From NCBI GenBank assembly GCA_963693365.1, contig CAVNZM010000003.1, positions 13,734,914 through 13,798,913 on the forward strand: DNA of 64,000 nucleotides, given 5' to 3'. A program made the position numbers and the translations under genes. Source of the DNA: Amoebidium appalachense. Taxonomy: Eukaryota > Protista > Ichthyosporea. Positions 42,884 through 64,000 of the stretch are shown here, piece by piece. Under the pieces are notes generated by a model, which was given only the letters and a program-made list of their open reading frames with translations, did not search any database and was not told where the DNA came from. Every line of letters begins with the position of its first letter. Position 1 is the first letter of the stretch.

Positions 42884-43005
<122 letters not shown>

Positions 43006-43097
43006 CGTGTGCGTGTGCGCGCGCGTGCGGATGTTGCTTGCGCTGGTGCACGTTTATATGTGTGCTTTTTCTTTCTTTTCGTTTCTTTTAATTTATT

Positions 43098-55116
<12,019 letters not shown>

Positions 55117-56321
55117 TTTCAAGCGTTCCTGTACTCTTAACCCTTCTTTCTACACAAGAAAAACTTCCCTTCTCAGGCTCCCGTTGTCGAAGAAATGTGA
55201 TGTAAAACAGAAAAACGGAACACCCAGAAAATTGAGGACAAAAATTTGAGCAAGCGTAAGTATTTATACTGCTTTGAAAAGATGAATCCGCCAATCATAG
55301 GTGAAAACGTGCGGTGAAAAGCAGCTCTTTTTAGATTTTAACTTGAAAAAACGAACATTTCTATGGCAAATCAACACTGCAGTCTCCTATGTATATAAAG
55401 TCAAGGCTCTGCAAGCCTTTTTTTGCATCGAACAAGATTCAGTATATTTGCATATATATATAGCTATTTTTACCAAAAAAAGAAGCTTATTTACTGCACA
55501 TAGCAGGTATCTTACATATACGTCTCCGTAGATGTTATAAACCTTGCCTCTACACTGTCGTGTGGCTTCTGGTTTTCAAAACATGTAACCAATCAAACAA
55601 CACGACAAATGTTATAATCATTTATTTCTCTTTCTCCACTTTATAGGGCAATTCAGCAAACCAATAGATATTCACCTTCCTTTTGCGGTTGGGCAAGGTT
55701 AGTTCAAATTTTCCAATCACTGCGCTCCGTCTGTTGATGTTAGTTCATGGGCGGGGCCCAAAAATGTGCACACCCTTGTTCATGAACGTCTGACAGTCGA
55801 ATACACCGTGCTGCCAAAATCAGGTAGATAGCCTATTACACTACGCTTTATATACTCCTGTTGTACCATACTCAACATGTAGGCAGCCTGCCAGTTAGTT
55901 TCGGGCACGTACACAGCTTGCGGACTAGTACTGGATGCCACCGTAGATGTGTGCGACCAAGCCGGCGGGCATGCAAGTGCGACACTTGAATGCTTCCCAA
56001 TGGTATACGTATGCATGGATGTACGTACGAAAAACAAGTGACGAGAAGGGCAGTTCATACTCTGTCCTGTCTCTTTGTCCCCGGATCTTTTGGCGTGGAC
56101 GCTAGGGATGGATGTATAACCGCCATTGCCCATGGGCCGACGTCAGAGATCTAATATGCTTGAGCTCGAGGATCACAAGCACTGATCAGAGAGAGTCTCG
56201 TGATCACGTGTGGCGTTACAATTGTGGGCGTCTCTCACGGCTGTGTGCTCGTATGTGTGTGAATGCCGTGGTGTGCGTACGTACGTGTGTGTGTGTGTAT
56301 GTGTGTGCGTGTGTGTGTGCG

Positions 56322-56371
<50 letters not shown>

Positions 56372-57954
56372 TGTGTCACTGTGTGTGTGCGTGTGTGTGT
56401 GTGTGCGTGTGTGCGTGTGTGCGTGCGTGCGTGTGTGTGTGTGTGTGTGTGTTCTTCTCAATTAAACGGCCCAGTGTGTGCTCATATTAATGTAGATCCT
56501 TTTGAGCCAGGTTCCGTGGGGAGAGCAAGGGGAAGGGGGGGGGAGGGGAGGGGGGGGGGGGGGAGGGGGGCGGCTCGATATCGGGAGGGGGGAGGGGGGG
56601 GGGGGGGGGGTTGGCTAGTACTATGTTGGGCGGCCCGAGATTCTGGGTTGCTTGGATCTCAATAGATTGACGGAGAGAGTAGCCCGGGTGTACGTAGAGC
56701 AAATTTGGAGGATGGGAAAGGGGGAAGGGAGGGTTCTGGGGCCAGTGGGGGGAGCTGGGGAGGAGGACTCGGAGGCACGGGGAGATGGGGGAGGAGGGAG
56801 GGGGAAAGGAGATTGGGGGGCAGGCTCGGTGTGATATGATATAAATGTCAGCGTTACGTCGTCGCTTGGTTTTCTTCTTGAATTTCAGGTAGCCAGCAAC
56901 TCGGGCACAGGGATTGGTTCTGCCCATATATGGCAATTTCCATTTTTAGGCACATGCCATGTCAGGTGCGCATTCTAGAATCGCCTTTGCTGGTCGCGAA
57001 ATTACACGATCACGTGCAATGCCATCGGAACGCATATGGTAAATGCTTACTGAAGAACAGCTAACACTAAACTTTGAAGCACGCTGGCACTGCACCATCA
57101 CCTTAACCCGTTTGTTCTTTTCCTGAATCGATGGTTATTGGTTTGAACCTTCCAACTGTGCACTTTTTTGCATTATAACATATTTGATTGCCAAATCAAT
57201 GAAAATGCCGTGAATTCCTTTACGTTTTGCCAGAAACGATACGAGTTAACAGAAGCTATACAAGCTATTGTAGAAAACGTCCCCCCCACCTTCCGCCCCG
57301 CCCTCCCACTTCCACCCCATTCCTCCCCCACCAACCCACCCTTCCCCTTCCCCCCTCCCCTTTTCCCATTCTCCTCCCCCCCCCCCCCCCCCCCTGCCCC
57401 ACACACACACGCCACCAAAGCCAGTCTCACACACAGTCACTTCTAGAGAACCGGAGATCGTCTTAACTTTATCCCCCCCCCCCCCCCCCCCCCCCCCCCA
57501 AAACACCCCACCCCCTCCTAGGGTTCCCTCCTCCCCCTCCCTTGGCAACTCTCCCCCGACCCATGTTCAACAGGGGCAATTTATATCTATAAATCACAAC
57601 TATAAATACATGAAATAGAAAGTATAAAACTAGATAAAAACATAGCCATGTTACTGCCCATAATTTCGTAGGTTTTCGGTGTCAACCAGAGGCTATGTCC
57701 CACAGACCGATTCAAAAGCCTTACCTCCCCATCATCCCCCCCCCCCCCCCCCCCCCCCCCCTCCCCTCCCCTCCTTCCGAAGGCTCCGGCCCTCGGTGCT
57801 TCTAAATCTGCATTGTGTTATCAGTCATAAACGTGTACTAATTACTCTCCAACCCCCCCCCCCTCCCCCCCCCCCCCAAAAAAAAAAGAAAGAAAGAAAG
57901 AAACGAAAAGAACAAAAAAAACCCCCAAAACAACACAAAACACGCACGAGCGCG

Positions 57955-58052
<98 letters not shown>

Positions 58053-58153
58053 CACAACCATTCAATCGACATCCACATAACCTACACCACACCAAACAAA
58101 ATAACCCTTTTTCAACCAGTTCAATCTAAAATTTATAGAAATTAAACTAGTAA

Positions 58154-58887
58154 TTAGTTTGTAGCCATGTTTCTAAGCCGAGCCAGGAAGAAGCGATACA
58201 CCATGCCGTTGAACACCCCGGCCAGATTTGCCGTGATAATTGTCCAATAAGTGAACTCGATGGGCGGGCGGACAGCCAATGAAATGTAGACGTTGTGGAT
58301 TGCCCAGGGGGTCCAAGCAATGACGTAGGCAAGAACGAGAAAGTTCATGTAGGCGGCCAATCGAACGCGGCGGTTGGCAAACGAAGGACTGCCATTGGAC
58401 GTTGAGGAACCAATAGGAATGGAGATGTCACGTGCTTCCGAATGGGGGCTTCCCGATTTGGCAGGTGGTGTGGATTCTTTGGAGGCAGTGGGCGATGTCT
58501 GGAGAGAGGTGGCGGGGTTGACCTAAAAAAAAATCTTAGATCAGTGGGGGTTAGACGCGATTGTACGGTCTGTGTTAGGAGTGGTTGTGGTGATGTGGTG
58601 TGTGTATTTGTGTGTGTGTGTGTGTGTGTGTTTGTATGTCTTTTCCGGGGGGGGGCAAGGGCGGGGGGCGGGGGGAGGGGGGGGAGGGGGAGGGGGGAGG
58701 AGGGGGGAGGGGGAAATGGCAGACAGAGGAAGTTCCGGGGGGGAGGGGGGAGGGGGAGAGGGGGGGTTGGGGGGAAGGGGGGGGAGGGGGGGGAGGGCTG
58801 GAAAGAGAGGGAGGAATACTTTTGGCCAGTCTGTAACCCTTTCTGAATACTGCGGGAGTTGCCAAGAATGAAAACTCTGTTCTCGGG

Positions 58888-58942
<55 letters not shown>

Positions 58943-59204
58943 GTTAGAAGGGTATATACGAAAATAGGGGCCTGATGCGCGTGTGCCATATTATGAGACT
59001 GTGTGCACTTACATGTTTGGATCCCGACTGCGAACGTGTATGGGTCTGTTCAAAATGAAATATACAATTCTAAAAATGTAAAATGTCGATGTGCCAGGCT
59101 AGACGGTATCATTTTTATGCAACTGAACGGGTGTTAATAAGGAGAAGATGCGGGTGGTGGTGGTGGTAGGAACTGAGGTCCCCCGGGGTTGGGGGGGAAG
59201 AGGG

Positions 59205-59238
<34 letters not shown>

Positions 59239-59285
59239 CTGGTGGAGTGTTGGATTGGTGGAGGGGTGGAGGGAAGGATTTGTTG

Positions 59286-59329
<44 letters not shown>

Positions 59330-59427
59330 GTGGGGAGGGGGCAAGGGGCAGAAGGGGGCATAGAGAAGCAGACATTCTCAGGGAAATCCGTGGAGAGAGA
59401 GATTCAAAGAAAGACAGAGTCTCAGAG

Positions 59428-59461
<34 letters not shown>

Positions 59462-60611
59462 ATACCTGAGAGAATGCCTTTCCATCCGAGGAGGTACCGG
59501 ACTGGATATCCATCGAATCGATCGAGATTGGGCCATGCGTGAAATTTCGCCCGTCTGCGCATAGGACCCCCCTCCCAATAGCGCATTTTTCCGGCATAGA
59601 GACTGTGTTGACCATCGAATTTTCGGAAAATGCCATAGGTGTATTCCCGTTATATTTGCAGTAATTGTTGGCGGAAGTTGGAACGGCGTGTTCTGGAGCG
59701 GCACGTTCTGGAGTGGCGTGTTCCGGAAGGGTTTCCGCAGACGATCCATCCGAGACCGAACATGATTGGTTGGACTTTGCCGCCGGTATGCTGTTGATGC
59801 GATTCGTTATTCCGATCGGCATTCCTTCATGCAGGGTCGGAAGGTTTGGTGCAAAAACGATCCGGCTGTTTTCATTGGTTGTTGGCGTCATCGAATCGAC
59901 TGATTGCGCATTCTGATTGGTCGCTGGCGGCTTGGCGGCGGCTTTGTTTCCTTTAGAGGCGATTCGGTTCTTCAGCGCGTGGATGCGGTGGTTGAGGGAT
60001 GTTTCTTTAACGAAGGAAGCCGATTGGAGGAGACGGAACGAGGAATGTGCGTAACATACCATGCTGATGACGACGGAGAGGGCGAGAAATCCCGACTGAT
60101 AGAGGATTGGAATCCACGGGGGCAGCTTGCGGGAAAAGGTGCAGTACATGCCGGTTCTGCACACGGGTGAGGGAGGGGGAGGAAGGGGGGATGGGGGAGG
60201 GAGGGGGGACAGGGGGGGGGAGTAGGGTAGGGGAAGGGGGGGGAGGGGGGGGAGGGGGCGTGGGGGCAAAAAGGGGAAGGTGGTGTTGGGGAGAATCGGA
60301 GGGGGGGGCAGGGGGGGGGAGGGGAGGGAGGTAAGGAGGCTGTGAAAAGAGGAATTGAAAACAGAGGGAGTAGATAACTTCCAGCAGAACGCTGCAGGTA
60401 GAGTAGAAACGTGAAATCATGTTTGGGTGGTTTACATGGTTCCAAACAGCGGAGGAATGAGGGGCAAGAGGGGAAGGGGTAGAGGGTAAGGCGGCAAAGG
60501 GGAATTCTACTAATCCCCCCCTCCCCCCCCCCCCCACCACCACCACAGACACGCACACCTTTTTTTTTTTGAGCGCTGAGCGTATCCCCCCCCCCCCCCC
60601 CCCCCCCCCCC

Positions 60612-60662
<51 letters not shown>

Positions 60663-60746
60663 TCTTCCCTTCAAGTTAAGAGTCGAGGTGTGTTTGGGTT
60701 TATTTTTTTTTTTTTGAAAGCCTTTTGTCTTTTTTTTTTTTTTTTT

Positions 60747-60787
<41 letters not shown>

Positions 60788-61212
60788 TACACACCTTCCG
60801 TAGGCTCCAAAAAAGAGCGGAAAGATGGACACCACCAGCGGGGCACCCAGCCCGACCCCAAGCATCTGTGAAACCGACCAAAAGGGAAGAAATCTGCCGT
60901 TGTTTGCTACCACCGCCCCCACGTAAACACTCACCATGGCCGGAAATAGAGCAACACATATAACACTGTATGTGAGGAAAAACCCGGAAATTGCGCAAGC
61001 GGTCGATTCGATGTTCGGATCAGGAACAAGGAGGGTGTAAATGACCATGTAGGTGCGCGCGAATCCGGAAAATAGGTCGGAAAATGCAATAAAAGCCGGG
61101 AAATATTGCATAATGGAGAGGCGGGAGCGGTGGAGACGCCAGAGGCGGTATGTCTCAGTCCACACCCAGAGAATGACGAGGGTGCTTAGGAAGATGGCGC
61201 CGAGAGCCATGC

Positions 61213-61213
<1 letters not shown>
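58154..61213 (-). CDS. 7TM GPCR-like receptor (Git3/Gpr1 or cAMP-receptor-like), exons 61213-60795, 60156-59466, 58522-58154; first exon not identified
   Basis: In-frame GT-AG splicing gives seven hydrophobic segments, with IAFSDLF in TM2, CAISGFF at TM3, YC in ECL2, AWTP in TM6, GVFNGMVY in TM7 and a long Ser/Pro/Asn-rich third intracellular loop. Confidence 0.82.
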
Positions 61214-61282
<69 letters not shown>

Positions 61283-63764
61283 AGCACAGGCGGGAAAGAC
61301 GTAGAGGGTCTCAGGAGGAGGGGGAGTGGTGTTGCAGAAACACACGAGATTTCCTAACCTTTCATTGATGTACTACTTTTTCCTCTTTTCGTGTCTCCCC
61401 TAAATTGTGCAAAAAACTTGAGTGGCAAAGTTCGCCTTCTGACTATCCCCGCCTTCTCCATAACAAGCCACCTGGTCGATGCGTTAACATCTTTCCACAT
61501 ACCCCGTGTCCGCGACGCTTAAGTGTTTGGATCTCCTCTTTTATTTTCACTTTCCAACCCACTTGGCTCTTATTCCCCCCCCTCCCCCCCCCCCACCTTC
61601 CCCCCTCTCCCCATCTCCCCTCCTTTTCTCCCCGCCTACACCTCTGCCTCCAGACCTGTAGCTGTTGCAAAGGGAATAATTACTCAACCATGTCCAGGAA
61701 GTTCAATTTGACTTATTTAGCGGAGCAAAAAAAAAAAAAAAAGGAGAGGAGGGGGGGTGTGGTGGGGGGACCAAAAGAAAAAAAAGCCACCCGAGTCAGT
61801 ACGATGTGCAGTTATTGCCTAAATGGGAGTTTTATCATCAGAAATTTGGAACCAGACAACCGCGTGCAGACTTTGAAAATTGCATGTCTGCGTGCACGAA
61901 AGAAATGTCGCTAGAGTTGTTGCCAACCGCAACCAAATATGAGGAAAGAGGCGGGAAAATGAACACACGAAGGGGGCACAGTGACCTACCAAAAGAGTAG
62001 TTTTATAACAACTACTAGTGAAAAACGACAAAAATAGGTTCCTGTTAAAGATAATAAAATGTACCCACCTTGACTGCGTAGAAGTCAAACTCCGACATGC
62101 CCCCGTACATGGACATCTGCAGCTGTTTCCCCATCGTGCTGTTGACTCCGCCTTGCGTGAATTTTTATTTTAAATATACCACTCCACTTTTCAAAGTCCC
62201 AAAATCTTTCAAGGATGTTTCTGCCGTTGCAGTGGACTACTCATCGAGGTGGTGCACAGTATTTGGCTGGTTTCTGCTTCAGCTCACTCGGAGAAAGTAC
62301 TGATGTGCATGATGTTGTTTTCGTTTCCCTTTTTCCAGTGGGAAGGTAGACCTATATGATCTTTTTTCCCTCTCAGGGCAAACAGATAGTAGACAGAAAA
62401 ACTTTGATACCGGTGGGATTGACTCTGGGTTTCTTCTGGTTTCATACCCCAGCGCATTTCTGTTGGCTGCGTGTGCGCATGCGACATGTGTTCCATGTGC
62501 ACCGCGGGACGTTCACACCTTCGGAGTTAATTTTACTCACTGTTTCTGCCCAGAAATCATAATGAATAAAACTGGTGAAAAGAAAAGAACGAAAAATTAA
62601 TCTACAAGGAGACGAGGGCGACGGCATGTGCACGACGCAGTCGTCCACAGGCGAGGTACACGTACAGGCGTTGTAAGAAAGATGTCTGTGTGAATGTTTT
62701 ACTTTCCCTCATCCATTTAAAGATACTGAGCGAAATGGTAGACGTGAGGCTTTTTATCATATATTTGTTTTCTAGTGCATGTCTGCAATCAGTGAAATCA
62801 CTACAAAAAGCACATGTAGCACCCACCCGCTTCCCCTGGTTGAGGTAAGGACTCGGCGGCGCGGCCGCGGGAACAACACAAACAAGTTTCCGATTGGTTA
62901 ATTAAAGCCAATCACGAAACGCCATACAATGACGGCTCTTGGGCATTTTATAAGCACCAATCAATTTGCGCCACACAAATCCACATAAGGATATTGTTCC
63001 AGAGCAAATATTTTCAGATGCGTTCCGATCCAATCATTTTGCAGAAGACTCATTCTTTGGTGCGTGCGCCGTGCGGCCCGGGGACGTCACGGACTCCGGC
63101 GGACCTCGGTCCCAAGCTTGGTGCCCTGGCAGCATTCTCTCACGGCGCTGGTGCGCGGGCAAGCAGCGAGGCGGGATAAGCGAGGATCTAGGAGTCTCTG
63201 TGCCCAGGGGGACAAAAAAAAGAAACACGCATCATGATGTAGAAACTTCTTCTTCTTAACAATAGAGTGAAGTGCCCAACACTATCTATAAAACAGTATT
63301 GTTTGTTGTCTGGCAGTCCATATTATTCTTCTTCAAGCTTCGTTTTGCAGGTATCCACTACCGTAACGGTCTTGTGTCACTGAGTAAAAAGGTTTTAGTC
63401 AGTGACCATGTGAATGCGTGAGCATGTGCGTGTGCACGCTTCCCAGGCTCTTCAGGGCGTGCAGGGCGTGATAGTCCATAGAACCGCGGAGGAATTGAGG
63501 AGGGCCCGGTGCACGTGCGGGGTATGCTAGGCAGTGCACAGTGAGCGTGATCACTTGAAGTTGTCCCCCCCCCCCCCCCCCCCTCCCCCCTCCCCGGGGG
63601 GGAGGGGGGAGGGGGTTGGAACCTGCTAAGAGAGAAGACTGAAGGGGGGGAGAGGGGGGGGGGGGGGGGGGGGCTTGAAAGGATGCCAATGGGTGAGGAC
63701 CAATTTCACTCCTTTGCATTTTTTCAGTTTTGGGGGACGAGGCCTCAGGAGGAAGGGGGCGGGG

Positions 63765-63840
<76 letters not shown>

Positions 63841-63939
63841 GGGGCCCGAAACCCACTTTCCTACTACAATAGAAGAAAACACTACTAGCTGGCACACGTG
63901 GCACTCGTACACACATATTTTTGTATGACCACACGATCG

Positions 63940-64000
<61 letters not shown>

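Noticed and set aside
63399-63560. Possible terminal exon of a minus-strand gene entering from the right edge
   Set aside because: No clear acceptor or recognisable motif.

Overview
Eukaryotic genomic DNA, probably from a unicellular opisthokont-like protist (inferred, not proven). Introns and intergenic DNA are saturated with (CA)n, (CT)n and poly(G)/poly(C) runs, so most ORFs in the supplied track are microsatellite artefacts. Host genes spliced together by hand: the 3' part of an alpha-kinase-fold gene, a PH/GRAM-like ORF, a 2-exon 3-hydroxybutyrate-dehydrogenase-like SDR, a 2-exon MATE-like transporter, a frameshifted BTB/KCTD sequence, an OTU-fold gene, a 10-exon DGAT2/MOGAT with an N-terminal 11-mer amphipathic repeat, and a Git3/cAR-like 7TM receptor. 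Three of the enzyme-fold genes (alpha-kinase, SDR, OTU) lack their canonical catalytic residues. The dominant mobile component is an intact APE+RT non-LTR retrotransposon (family A: one full-length and three 5'-truncated near-identical copies) plus remnants of two diverged relatives (B, C). Families A and B do not end in poly(A) but in a shared TAAACCCC(C) terminus, and family A carries its A-tract and a (CA)n microsatellite inside the 3' UTR. One B terminus is interrupted by a 45-bp perfect palindrome with an 8-bp target-site duplication.
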